A stretch of DNA of 63,344 nt, the filler included, from Octopus bimaculoides (lineage: Eukaryota): the NCBI RefSeq assembly GCF_001194135.2. It is 6 parts of 5 records of this genome, joined end to end, with 100 filler letters (N's around TTAATTAATTAA, not from the genome) between each part and the next. Parts side by side here need not be neighbours in the genome. Positions count along the whole stretch, not along the records: positions 13,799 to 45,271 come from NC_068984.1; positions 45,372 to 51,182 come from NC_068986.1; 4 more parts are not named here. One strand, written 5' to 3'. This document shows, in pieces, positions 37,780 to 50,534 of this stretch (position 1 is its first letter; each line of letters starts with the position of its first letter). The position numbers were made by a program, and so were the translations under genes. Below the pieces are notes generated by a model. That model was not told the DNA's origin. It made no database searches and saw nothing but the letters and a program-made list of their open reading frames with translations.

Positions 37780-39690
37780 GGAAGTATATTGAATATATTC
37801 AATTTGGATTTGTGTCCCTCCAAAAAGGTGACACAGAAGTCTACCAATGTGGGATGTGTAACAAAACTTTGAGAAATGATGGAATACGATCCTCATGTTT
37901 GGAATGCCACTTGAGGACAACACATCCTGCTCTTGCAGACAAGCCTAAGGCATTCTCTGAAACAAATAGACATTCCTAGGTTGGATAGTAGTGGGGCATT
38001 TCAGCAACAAACTTCAATGGTTTTTGAAGCTTCTTATTAGTTCGCCATGTTGATTACAAAGAGCAAGAAGAGCCATAACATCAGAGAGTCTCTCATAAAA
38101 CTAAGTCTACTCCATGCAGCAAAACTTGTTCTGGAGAAAGATAGTGTAAACAAGCTTTCCCAGATTTCACAATCAAACGCTAGTCAAGGGAAGGATCAAC
38201 GACTTGTCTCAAGATATCGAAGATCAAATTCTTGACGAAGCAAGAGATTCTCCTGTTTTTGCCATCTAGTGTGACGAAATGACCGACATCGCTCAGTGTT
38301 CTCAATTACTGGTATGTGCTCGTTTTGCGTCAGGCAACTGTGTAAAAGAGGAAATGTTCTGTCACCCTATGGATAGTTGTACAACAGCAACAACTATTTT
38401 TCGTGATGTATCAAACTTCTTTCAGGAAAACCAACTTTCGTGGGATTCACTTGTAGGGGTGTGCACTGATGGAGCTCCAGCCATGCTTGGTCTGCAGTCT
38501 GGATTCATTACTAGGGTGAAAGAAAAAATCCATCTGTTGTAGGTACACACTGCATATTTCATCATGAAGCCACAGCATCCAGAAGCTAACCTACTGAAAT
38601 GAGAAATGTCCTGAACATGGCTATCAAGTTGTCAATTTTATTAAAGGTGAAACCTTAAACAGTTATTTTTTCAAACTGTTGTGTAAAGATATAGAATCTG
38701 AACATGAAGCATTACTTTTTCACATGAACTCACAATGGCTATCAAAGGGGAACATGCTTGGATGGCTTTATGAACTACGAGAAGAAGCAGCAATATTTCT
38801 AGATTTGCAGCAGAAGGCAGATCTCCATGACAAGTTCCAGTGTGAAAGCATTACCAGGTAGACATTTTTGAAGCATTGAATGGTCTCGACCTTGAACTAT
38901 AAGGGAAAAACCTCAATATTCTCACACAATGTGACACCATTCAAACCTTCATGGCCAAACTTGACCTCCAGAAATGTCACATTCAGCAGGGAAATACAGC
39001 CAGTTTTAGTTACTTGGATTCTGCTCTCATTTACAGTAACCTTGATTCTGAGTTAAAGAAACAAATAACTCATCTAACTGACTTGATGACAGAATTCATC
39101 AGATACTTCCTAGATATAGAAGAAAAACAAGAAGCTTGGAAATTCAACAGCAATCCATTTCAGTGTGAAGTGACTGATGTTTTGGATGAAGTGCAAGAGG
39201 AGTTTCTTGAGCTGAAGTTCAACTCCCCAGCTAAAGAAGACTTCAAAGAACTGAATCTTGAAATGTTCTGGATCAAGTACCTTCCTGTTTACCCATTGAT
39301 CTTACATCAGGCTCTTCAGATTTTAGCTATGTTTGGATCCACATATCTTTGAAAAGCTGCATTTTTCACGCTTGTTGCTGTCAAAACCAAGTAAAGAAAC
39401 AGGCTGAACATTGAAAGGGACTTACATTGTGCACTCTCTGGCATTCAACTATGCATTTAAAATCTTGTAGCTAAGAAGTGGTGTCAAGTATCTCACTTTT
39501 TGTATAATGAGATTATATATAAAATTATACATATTTTGTATAATTCTTATTCTTATTCAATAAAAAGACAAAAAATAACATATTTTAGATTTTATTTAAA
39601 ATCTGGGAGGGAATTTCATTCATAGATGCGGGCAGTGGGGGATGGAAAGATGACAAATTCCTAGGGGATGTGTGGTAGTAAGAACCACTG
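37780..39690 (+). mobile_element. Decayed hAT (Charlie/Buster, ZBED5-like) transposon
   Basis: BED finger QCGMCNKTLRNDG...HLRTTHP, CDEMTDIAQCSQLL, GVCTDGAPAMLG, LLFHMNSQWLSKG, FGSTYL*KAAFFTL. 3' terminus taagaaccactg (reverse complement CAGTGGTTCTTA). 5' TIR not seen. Confidence 0.88.
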
Positions 39691-39699
39691 ATCTAGGGA

Positions 39700-41735
39700 A
39701 TTTTCATCCCATAACTCTTAAATGCGGAGTTTAAGATTTTGGCCAAGGTGTTAGCAAAATGGTTGGTGGTTGTCATCGGTAGTCTGGTTGGGGAGGGGAA
39801 AACGTGTGCAATCCTGAACAGGTCTGGCCATGACAACCACTACCTTAAGTGATACATCATAGACAGGACCAGGACTAAAGCTAGCTTTGGTAGGGCCCTA
39901 ATCAATTTAGATCAGCCAAAAGCTTTCAGTAGGGTTGCTGCTACTTGGAAGCCAACCTTAAAGTGGCTGGTTTCAAACTCATTTTCAGAGGCTGGATTGC
40001 CACAATGCACAGCGGCACCTACTTGGTGGTCAAAGTAAATGATCACCTGTTGAAACCATTTTGCATTGCATGTTTGGTCTGTCAGGGTTGCGTGCTGGCT
40101 CTCAAGCCACTGTTGTGGAAGTTGGAACAGTTAAGAGGCATCCCACTTGAAATTGGACTTGGGTGGGGGGCAGTGTTGGTGTACACAGACAACATCACCA
40201 TGGTGGTGTTGGATGCCACTGAAGTGGAGACGGTTGGCTCCATTGTAAAGGAATAGGAGTTGGTTGCAGGGGCCAAAATCAATGCCAACAAGTTGGTGGA
40301 ATTGTGACTGGGCACCTGCAGATCGATGCCGTCAGACAGCAGCAGTGGATGCTGGATTGACAGACCAGTTAAACTGCTTGAGATCTGGTTTGGTCCCGAC
40401 CTCCAACTGGATGAGAATTGGGATGAGGTGACGAACAGGGTGGCCTGTCTTACCCAGAAATGGGCAGAAAGGAAGTAGTCCCTGAATGGTCAGAGAGAGG
40501 TGGTGAATGCCTATATCATCTCCGTCATCATTTATTGCCTGGCTGTTGTGCCTTGCCCCAGTTATTGCTTGATCAGGTTGGAGAGTCTCATTTATTTTCT
40601 TGTGGAAGGGACATGTTCCAATGGTCAGGCAGTCAATCTGCTGCCAGCTCCCTCTGTGTAGTGGCTTAGGCATGCCATGGCTTTTAATGCACAGATACGC
40701 ACTCAGGTTGTGTCACCTGCAATGATTTCTAGAAGGTGAACGTGTGTGGGCTCTGCTTGTGAGACACATATTTCCACAGCTTGTCTCCTTGACGGAGCTG
40801 CAGTCCTAAGTAAAGAATAGACCTAGAATGGATGCCTGATACCTACAATGTTGCCAGGCGCTCACTGTCCTCTACCAGTCAGACAAAATCGGTAGATGTT
40901 CCACTTTGGTTATATATAAAAGATTAGTAGTGGGGAAGTGCGATGAAATCCTTGCGGCGACCCTGGTCGTCAGTGGATAATTTCCAGATGTCTTTGGCTT
41001 GGTAGTGCTACCAGGGGGCACCACTGGTTCGAGATAAACTCTACAGGCATGGATGTGCAGTCAGACAGGCTTGTCCAAGGTGCTCACAGAGAGTCAAAGC
41101 TGTTTTGCACACTCTCATTCAGTGTCCAGGCATTGCTGACTTGTGAAGTTTTGTCAAACAGCTACTGTTGCATGTGGGACGGATTTGTCTGTCAGCCAAG
41201 TCCATAGTGATGATTGTCCTGCCGCCTCCTTTAATTGGGTAGTAAAGGCAGTTTTCCTTTACCTGGTGGCTGTGGTGAAAGAGGTTGTCTGGTGGATGAG
41301 GCTGGAAGGAATGAGGACAGAGACATTCCTCTTTGGTAAAGCCCTCATCAACTTTTTCAAGTCTCACTTGAAAAGGAAAGTGAGGGTGGAGAGGGAGGTG
41401 CTGTCCTCGAGTGAATTTATGAAAAGGTGGGTGAAAGTAGCGAAAATGGCAAGAGTGGATGGTACTGCTCTAAGTGTAGATCTGTAGGTCAGAGGAAATG
41501 AGTTGGAGAGGGCACTTGTCCTTAGTATTCAGGGAAATCTTGGATGGTGGGGTTCCTCGATGATCCCTACGTCTTCCTTTATCAAGAGGACCCCATCACT
41601 ATCGTGTTTTTCCTTCTTTTCTTTCTTTTTTATCATTCTATTATATGTAAACTCCCACACTTATGTCTATATTTGTATTGTCCCTCTCATCCTTTGCCCT
41701 GGTGGCAAATAAAAGAAATCATTATTATTATTATT
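39700..41735 (+). mobile_element. 5'-truncated L1/Tx1-type LINE with 3' UTR and (ATT)n tail
   Basis: ITLLNAEFKILAKVLAK, VCQGC, VYTDNIT, zf-RVT-like CPRCSQRVKAVLHTLIQCP; ends AATAAAagaaatcattattattattatt. Confidence 0.85.
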
Positions 41736-42479
41736 CTGCTTGTTCCTACATTACAATTATGTCATCAAGGGAGGTTATAACTTAAATGTAGAAATATATG
41801 CGGCGAGAAAGGAAGGGGAAAAAGGGATACAAAGAAAGAAACAAAATGAGGATAGTTGAATCAGTGAAAAAACAGAAAGGGGAGACATGAAAGAGAGAGA
41901 GGTGCATATCATTATTAGAGAGAAAGTGAGTGCAGAGGAGGGTGAAGGTCTATATTATCCTGCATTTGTGTGTTAAAAATGCAGACACAATTGAAATGTT
42001 TAAGATAATGAAACAATATCATGAAGGTCTATAAATTTACACTTTAAAAGATATATCAGCAGATAGTTAAATTGAAGTGAAATAATTTTAATTGGCAGAC
42101 AGACAGACAAGTATGTGAGCCTACCAATATATCAAAAGTTATGCAAAGAGTGATACATTAAGATACACAAATAGATAGATTGCTGAACTGAAAAGAAATA
42201 AAAAGAAATGAAAATATTCTCATTTGTAAATAACTCAGACTGAGCCTTGTTGCTAGTTGAACAGAAAACAGTGTAGTTTGTTCAGATGTCTATATTTTTT
42301 TAAATTCCTTCACTTAACGCATGCACTTTAATGCAATTAATTATCATCTGCTCAATCAAAACATCTGTTTATAAAATATGGACAACAATAGATGACATTA
42401 GCTTAAAAGAGAAAGAATGAAAAGGATAATTTTTCAAAAAATAAACACGTACTACATGACGGATGTGTTAGCCTCCAGA

Positions 42480-42790
42480 ATAATTGCATTGAAGCCACTT
42501 TAATAACAGGTGCACAAGAAAGAATACACTTCCTAATACCCTACTTGAAGCTGGCTCCAAATGACTCCAACCCGTCTTTCATTTTGGAAAGCATAGGGAC
42601 AGACATTTAACAAAATTGGAATATATTTGCCACATCCAGTGTTCAGCCATGGACAATTATATGTGGTATTTTCTGGGGCCGGGAAATTATCTAGTGTGGC
42701 AATAAGAGTAGTTGAGACCAAGAGACAAGGCAAACAAGAATATAAAACACTTATAAAAACATTGTGTAAAAAAAAGTGGTAAGAGAGTAA
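42480..42790 (+). mobile_element. Helitron PIF1-helicase C-terminal remnant
   Basis: IEATLITGAQ...LIPYLKLAPNDSNPSFIL, then GQTFNKIGIYLPHPVFSHGQLYVVFS...KNIV. The SQGQT/FSHGQLYVALSR motif lies in a frame the ORF track misses. Confidence 0.8.
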
Positions 42791-43384
42791 ATCAAGAATT
42801 TTACCAATCTCATGTTAATGTATGCCAGTAGCTCATCTTTATTTCCTTAGACTATAAAGTACATATCTACCAAATGTATTTACAAGGAGATAAATAAGCA
42901 ATTCTTCCAAATTCATTTCAATTATATTTAAAATCACCATTTTGATTAAATGGCAGGATATCATCATCATTTAACATCTGCTTTCCATGCTGGCATGGAC
43001 GATTTGACTGAAAGCTGGTAAACCAGGGAGCTGCACCAGGTTCCAATTTGATTTGGCAAGGCTTCTACGGTTGGATGCCCTTCCTAATGCCAACCACTCC
43101 AGAAGTGTAGTGGGTGCTTTTTACATGCCACTAACATGGGTGCCATTGATATGATACCAACATTGGCCACAACTATGATCTCACTTGGCTTGACAGCTCT
43201 ACACAAGCACAGTATATCACTAAAAGTCTCAGTCACCTGTCACTGCCTCTGTGAGGTCCAATGCTTGAATAGTGCTTTTTGCATGCTACTGGTAAGGGTG
43301 CCAATCTTGCTTGTGTTTAATATACTAACATATTGTTTTCAAATGTACTGACTCGTACTGTGGAATTTCCATGGGCCATGCTAG

Positions 43385-43720
43385 TTATTATTACCTCCTT
43401 CTTAGCAAAGGTGAAGGTATTGTTTTCAGTTGTATTTGTTTGTTTCTTTGTCCATGGACAAGATATCTCAAGAACTGCTGGATGGATTCAGATGAAACTT
43501 TCAGGGATGTTTGGCCTCACAATTGGGATCAATCCAGCACCAGTCAAGGATTCTAGATTATTTTTCCTGCTTTTTTACTAAATTTTTGAGAGCAGTCGGG
43601 TTCGTTTTTAGTATTCTCGTTTGTGAGAGCAGTCGAGTTTATTTCAGATATTCGCATTTAAAAAATCATCTCTGGCTAATCGTTGAGAGGGTGTTGATGT
43701 TGCCTTGGCAGAGCTTTGCT
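43385..43720 (+). mobile_element. Non-autonomous Helentron/HINE-like element
   Basis: Starts ttattacctcc..., carries gtttgtttgtttc and gatggattcagatgaaactttcaggg, and ends with subterminal ccttggcagag. Same family as 49255. Confidence 0.55.
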
Positions 43721-43759
43721 CTTGTTTTTATTGTTGTTGTTTTCCAATTGATTTGCATT

Positions 43760-44455
43760 TTATTTCATTGTGGTTGTTTTATAGGACGTTTCAAGTTGGA
43801 TTAGTCTTCTACTGCCTTCCTTTTGTGGGATGTCCGATTTTGGGAGATACATCTTGTTTATTGTCAGCAGTTTCCTGATCTTTATATCCATGCAGTGGAG
43901 TTCACACAAATTCCAACTGATGACATTAAGGCTAAACAGGACAACTGGTTCCACCAGGGAGTTTATAGCTGCAATTCTATTCTGGGAGTTCAGCTCAGTA
44001 TTCAGGACCATTCTGACACATCTATAATACTCTTTCCCTTTGTGTACTCCAAGATACTTATAAAAACCTTCTTGATCCAGGTCCTTGATAAATGTACCAT
44101 GAACAAGTTGGGTCATGGTATTAGCTATCATTTTACGATGTATGAATGAAGCTATTGCACACTTATCAAAGCCAAATTCCACATTGATGTCATCGCTGAA
44201 TCTTTTCACAGTTACTAGTAACCCTTTCAGATCCTTGTCATCTTTTGCTTATAATTTCAGATCATCCATGTAGAACAAGTATGAAATGATCTTGTCAAAC
44301 ATTTTGTAACCGTGATTTGTTCTATTCAGCTTGTGGGACAAAGGAATGATGGAAAGGGGAGAGGATAGTGAATCACCCTGGAATATTCCATGGTCTATTT
44401 TAATGTTCTCTGATGCATACAGACTTTACTTGTTGTTAGGAAACAATTTTGTATT
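43760..44455 (-). mobile_element. Dong/R4-type LINE RT fragment
   Basis: HGIFQGDSLSSP, LFYMDDLK, NVEFGFDKCA, FYKYLG, LNSQNRIAAIN. Confidence 0.82.
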
Positions 44456-44469
44456 ACACATCAGAACCA

Positions 44470-45200
44470 GAAGTCTTCTTTATATGTAGATAGTTCTTCA
44501 TCTTAGTTGTCCAAAAGAATATCTAATCATTACTCTACATTTAGACATATGAATAAATGTAACAATACAGGGATTAGTAAATTAATCTGGTATCTAAAAG
44601 ATCATAATAAACAATTTAATTTGGAATGGAATATTCTCTCTATTTCTTTATTGTATGATAAAGGTAAGCATTTCTGCTCACTTTGTAATAACGAAATGTT
44701 TTATATCCTATTCTCAAAGAATCCTCTTGTAAACACATTTATTGAATGCGTTTATCGTTGCAAACGTTGGCAGAAACATAACCTTTAGTCCCTATCAGTA
44801 ATTTCTACCATTCTATATAATTTGACCATTGATTGTCTTCTTACATTTCACTTCCACTAAATATATCGAATTCCAACCTTTTAAGCTATATTCTAATTCA
44901 CCCATCACTCTATATTTCTCCACTATTAGTGTTCTGCTAATTTCTTTCCTTCTCTTCCTATATGCTACCTTTGACGTCATATCTACTAACAGTTTTTTTC
45001 TAAATACTTAATAGTGTTCCCTTCATCATTATATGCAGTAATCACATTCTGTTGAAATGTCTTATTGATGCATTTGGTTTCTTTCTTTCCCTGATGAGGA
45101 GATTGCATTGTTTTACACCATTTTATTCCTTCTGCAACAATACTAATGTTGTCTTTGAAACATATGTCGGAAGTAAAAGAATTTGAATAACACCTGTGTT
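44470..45200 (+). mobile_element. Penelope-like element 3' portion with hammerhead
   Basis: SKRISNHYSTFRH...ISKLIWYLKDHN...EWNIL...CSLCNNEMFYIL...RCKR, followed by the hammerhead at 45086. Confidence 0.78.
45086..45173 (+). ncRNA. Type I hammerhead motif; core intact, stem II eroded
   Basis: tttcc CTGATGA ggag...cttt GAAA C atat G TC ggaag; palindromic stem III ACATATGT. Confidence 0.68.
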
Positions 45201-45716
45201 TAATTCCATTTATTTATCTATATAGCTATATCAATATCTATCTATATATATATTTATATATATATATATATNNNNNNNNNNNNNNNNNNNNNNNNNNNNN
45301 NNNNNNNNNNNNNNNTTAATTAATTAANNNNNNNNNNNNNNNNNNNNNNNNNNNNNNNNNNNNNNNNNNNNGTCACTTCGGCGCAAACACATGTCATATA
45401 GCTGGAATAGAATGCTGTATCACCAACAATAATGTGATTTCTCTAAGACATCACCTAGTAATCTATCAAGTCCATTTACAAATTTCTCAATACATACTGC
45501 TGTTATGACTCCCTCCTTCATTGTATGCCTCCATTGTAGATGGGTATGTAGATTTGCTAGTGTATGTAATGTATGCATGTATGTATGTGTGTATATATGC
45601 ATGTGTGTATGTATATTCCATAGGCTGGAAGACAGAGAGGTACAAAGATAAACAAACACTTTGAACAGGATGACATAACTTACGGACACAGAAAAACACA
45701 TAGACACGAAACATTG

Positions 45717-45736
45717 ATACATACATACATACATAC

Positions 45737-45798
<62 letters not shown>

Positions 45799-45871
45799 GG
45801 ATGGATGGATGGATGGATGGAAGGACGGACGGACGGACGGACGGACGGACGGACGGACGGACGGACGGACG

Positions 45872-45957
<86 letters not shown>

Positions 45958-45958
45958 C
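45717..45958. repeat. Compound microsatellite (ATAC)(ATAG)(ATGG)(ACGG)(ACAG)(AG)
   Basis: Direct reading. Confidence 0.95.
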
Positions 45959-46244
45959 TGCCAGCCTGACTGACACATTCTTAATGTATTAATAGATGCT
46001 TCACCGATGAAAAGAAGCTATTGGTCGCAATTAGGTCTCTTTGACAGGATACCAGCAGAAGTGTGAAAACAAAATGGAGTAAATAGATTAAACGTTACCA
46101 CCAGTTAATATTGAAATCATTAGAAGCTGGTGATGTTACACAAGACCGGGAGAGTACTGATACTCATCCTAATTTTAGCAGAAAGATAGCAATATTAGAG
46201 GTGGGAGAAGGCGATTATGAGGTACTTACCTCAGGGATTATGAG

Positions 46245-46380
46245 GTACTTATTTTATCGATTGTGAAAGAATGAACAGCAAAGTCGACTTCGCTAGCATT
46301 TGGACTCAGAACATAAAGAGTCGGAAGAAAAGCTGCTAAGCATTTGATCCAGCGCAGTAACGATTCTGCTAGTTGGTCAG
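46245..46380 (-). mobile_element. Old tRNA-SINE family B copy
   Basis: Degenerate reverse complement of 2070-2200. Confidence 0.65.
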
Positions 46381-48243
46381 AGGAATAAAAGCAAAAAAAA
46401 TCGAAGGATTTTTCTGCCTGCTATATTCAGAAAGCTACTTGCAAGGGTTTTGCTCAACTGACTGAATGAGAATAGACTTAGGGACAGAAATCANNNNNNN
46501 NNNNNNNNNNNNNNNNNNNNNNNNNNNNNNNNNNNNNNNNNNNNNNNNNNNNNNNNNNNNNNNNNNNNNNNNNNNNNNNNNNNNNNNNNNNNNNNNNNNN
46601 NNNNNNNNNNNNNNNNNNNNNNNNNNNNNNNNNNNNNNNNNNNNNNNNNNNNNNNNNNNNNNNNNNNNNNNNNNNNNNNNNNNNNNNNNNNNNNNNNNNN
46701 NNNNNNNNNNNNNNNNNNNNNNNNNNNNNNNNNNNNNNNNNNNNNNNNNNNNNNNNNNNNNNNNNNNNNNNNNNNNNNNNNNNNNNNNNNNNNNNNNNNN
46801 NNNNNNNNNNNNNNNNNNNNNNNNNNNNNNNNNNNNNNNNNNNNNNNNNNNNNNNNNNNNNNNNNNNNNNNNNNNNNNNNNNNNNNNNNNNNNNNNNNNN
46901 NNNNNNNNNNNNNNNNNNNNNNNNNNNNNNNNNNNNNNNNNNNNNNNNNNNNNNNNNNNNNNNNNNNNNNNNNNNNNNNNNNNNNNNNNNNNNNNNNNNN
47001 NNNNNNNNNNNNNNNNNNNNNNNNNNNNNNNNNNNNNNNNNNNNNNNNNNNNNNNNNNNNNNNNNNNNNNNNNNNNNNNNNNNNNNNNNNNNNNNNNNNN
47101 NNNNNNNNNNNNNNNNNNNNNNNNNNNNNNNNNNNNNNNNNNNNNNNNNNNNNNNNNNNNNNNNNNNNNNNNNNNNNNNNNNNNNNNNNNNNNNNNNNNN
47201 NNNNNNNNNNNNNNNNNNNNNNNACACCGTTTGTTCTAGGGTATGTGACCCCTTTTCTTTCCTTTCTTTTCCTTTCTTATCTCTTTTTCTTTCCTGCTTC
47301 TTTGTCTTTAAATGTTATAAATATATAAATAAATAAATAAATTAATTAATTAATTAATAGATTTTGTTCGTGATTCTGCCCCTGTAAGTGATCTTGAATA
47401 TATTGTGCAGACAGCATTCGTGGAGTGCATTCAACGTCAGAGTAATTTTGGTTGTCATTTAGCAAGTTTTTCTTGGTAGACTGTATATCCCTGATAAAAT
47501 CTGATTATTGTTGTTTTGTTGCAGAAATAGCTTTGGCCAAACAAACCTACGGTCGAAGTCATTCCAGTTGTAGCTATCTGTCCCTATGTGCAAAGAACCC
47601 AGAATTTTATTATCAACTGTGTCTTTCCCTAAGACGCTTAGGGACTGACTTTAGAAATCACACACTGTCGTCTTGAAAAGACATTGGAAGATGAAGGCCT
47701 GGATACGTAATGCCTGAAAGAAGAGTAGAAATAGTTATCTGCTTTGTTCGAGGTTGCCTAGGGTTAAACAATAACAACAACAATGAAGAAACCAGGGTCG
47801 CGTTTGAAAGATTCTACGTTACTGACGATTCATACACATTCACATAACCATACACACACACACATGCACACATATACACATACACCACACACATACACAC
47901 TCACAAACAAGTATACATATGCTCATACACACACATACATACACACACATACCTGCACACACACACACACACATACAGACAAGCTCAAACAAGCACACAT
48001 ACACACATAGACATACATACTATCATACACACACAAACACACACACAAACAAGCATACATACACACACACACATACATACATACACATACCTACACACAA
48101 GCAGAAACAAGCACACATATACACACAAACACGCTCATTCAAATATATAAGACGCTAAATTTTTGTTTTTTCAAATGAATAACCGTGCATGTTTGTCTAT
48201 ATGTGTGTGAATGTATATATGTATGTTTGTATGTAATTCCTGT

Positions 48244-48311
<68 letters not shown>

Positions 48312-48317
48312 TGTGTG

Positions 48318-48348
<31 letters not shown>

Positions 48349-48701
48349 TTCGTATATTTTTTTTTCCTTAGTTTCATTATTATTATTTTCTTTTAATATT
48401 TTACATCCTTCGTCTCGAATCTGACATTTCTGACAATTAATAACTGTGATAAACCATTATATAGACGCGCACGCGCACATACCCTCTTTCTCTATCTCAA
48501 TCTTTCTCTGCCTCGCCCTCTCCCTCTCTCTTTCTCCCATTCTCTCTCCCTTCCCCTACTCCTCTTTCTCTCTTTATCTCATACTCAAACGCTCAAAATT
48601 CTCTTCATGCACACACACATACACTCACACACACACACACATATATATACACACATACTCACACGCACGCACATGCACTCACACACGTACACACACGCAC
48701 G

Positions 48702-48742
<41 letters not shown>

Positions 48743-48937
48743 CTAAATACGTACGAAATCAAGTCTGAACTAAGTCTTGTTGACAAACTAGATTTAGGAT
48801 GCTGTAAAATACGTATAAGGACATGTTTTCACTCTCTTCTCTGCCTCTATCTCCCCCTCTCTCCTCTCTCCTGTATTGTAATAATAAACAGTAAGTATGA
48901 GGATATATCTTACATTGACACAAGGTCACACATCTGT

Positions 48938-48950
48938 AGGTCAAAGGTCA
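48938..48950 (+). promoter_or_regulatory. Perfect nuclear-receptor DR1 element (candidate)
   Basis: AGGTCA-A-AGGTCA, with a third AGGTCA at 48923-48928 and a GGGCGG box near 49071. Function untested. Confidence 0.35.
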
Positions 48951-49114
48951 GAGTCGACAGAATCAACACCAGTACAGGCCGACACTTTACATTTCGTTTA
49001 CAAACGAAAATCAGTCGATGCCATTTTGGACTCTAACTCGTAGTCTTTACAAGGTATGTTCAGAAATTAAGGGCGGGTAAATACAGCTAAATATATCGAC
49101 ATTCCTCCTACATT

Positions 49115-49254
<140 letters not shown>

Positions 49255-49262
<8 letters not shown>

Positions 49263-49855
49263 ACCTCCGCCTACGCTATTGTTTTCAATTGTGCTTATTT
49301 GCTTGTCCGTGGACAAGATGTCTCAAGAACCGTTGGATGGATTCGGATGAAACTTTCAGGGATGTTTGGCTTCGTGATTGGTACGAGCTGATTAGATTTT
49401 GGGATTGATCCGGTACCGGACAAGGATTCTGGATTATTTGTTATATTTACTTTACACGAAGTATTACGACCATGCGTTGACTTTTAAGACTTCCTCTGAT
49501 TATCTCCCTTGGAAGCACGCGCATAGTTTCCACGTAAGTTATGGCGGCGTTGCTGTTTCCAAAGTTTTATTTTCATTTCTATATTATTAATTTTACTCGC
49601 ACCTCTATCTTAGTAGAAATTGATGGATAGAGAAATCAAACTACATAAACAAACGGCAGCAAGACCTTTCAGTAATTAAATAGCACTAACATATTCAGTA
49701 ACAATCATAAATTTAATTTATCCTCGACAATTTTCAGATCCCAAAATCTAATCAGCTCGTGCCAGTCACGAGGCCAAACATCCCTGAAAGTTTCATCCGA
49801 ATCCATCCAGCAGTTCTTGAGATATCTTGTCCACGGACAAACAAACAAGCACAAG
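49255..49855. mobile_element. Two HINE-like copies in inverted orientation
   Basis: 49300-49415 is the reverse complement of 49735-49850 (gtccgtggacaagatgtctcaagaacc...gatgaaactttcagggatgtttgg...gattagattttggga). Confidence 0.7.
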
Positions 49856-50329
49856 TGGTGAGACATTTTGCTTGCTTTACACTACGAGGAAAAAATTGTA
49901 TGTTTATTAAAAGTGGTATATCTTACATTTCAAATCGAGGTGTGTAAATATGTGCATGTAATGCTATCGTCGCAGATATGGCACCTCCAAATTATAGGCT
50001 AATTATTAAAATAATTCACTAATGGCAGAATGCCTTTAAATCTTCTGGCATGTAACCAAATGTTAACCAGTATTTCCTATTATCCTCCATCTGCTTCTTA
50101 TCATACTCCCGTACATTCATTATCCTTTTATTTTACTTTATTTTATTATATTATTATTTTAGTGACTATAATACTGTTTCTAGCAATCGTCATCTGCTAC
50201 TGTTTCAATGTTGTGTATTTCTGCCGCCTATTTTCAGCTCAATGTAATTTGATAACAGCCTATTCTTTATTATCGGTATTATTTTATCTTAACATTTTCC
50301 CTCGCAATCTGTATCACTGCAAGAAGCAA

Positions 50330-50530
50330 TTATTATTCGTCGGAAGAAAGTTATTAGCTGTATTTGTTTCGGTTCTTTGCGTTCTGAGTTCAAATTCCAC
50401 TAAGGTCATCTTTGTCATTCATCTTTTCAGGTGGATAAATTGAAAGTATCGGTTAAGTACTGAAGTGAACGTAATCAACTTGCTTTCTTCCCTCAAAATT
50501 GCTGGCCTTGTACCATAGTTAGAAAGAACT
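50330..50530 (+). mobile_element. Old tRNA-SINE family B copy
   Basis: gttctgagttcaaattccactaaggtcatctttgtcattcatc matches the body of 2070-2200. Confidence 0.6.
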
Positions 50531-50534
50531 AAGA

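Noticed and set aside
37780-39400. hAT transposase as a domesticated ZBED5/FAM200-like gene
   Set aside because: Multiple stops and frameshifts plus a retained 3' TIR indicate a dead transposon.
46222-46235. Strong minus-strand donor GAG|gtaagta as the missing upstream srGAP exon
   Set aside because: It sits in a small local duplication at a SINE edge with no plausible coding frame. Donors at ~29155 and ~52605 also have in-frame stops just upstream.
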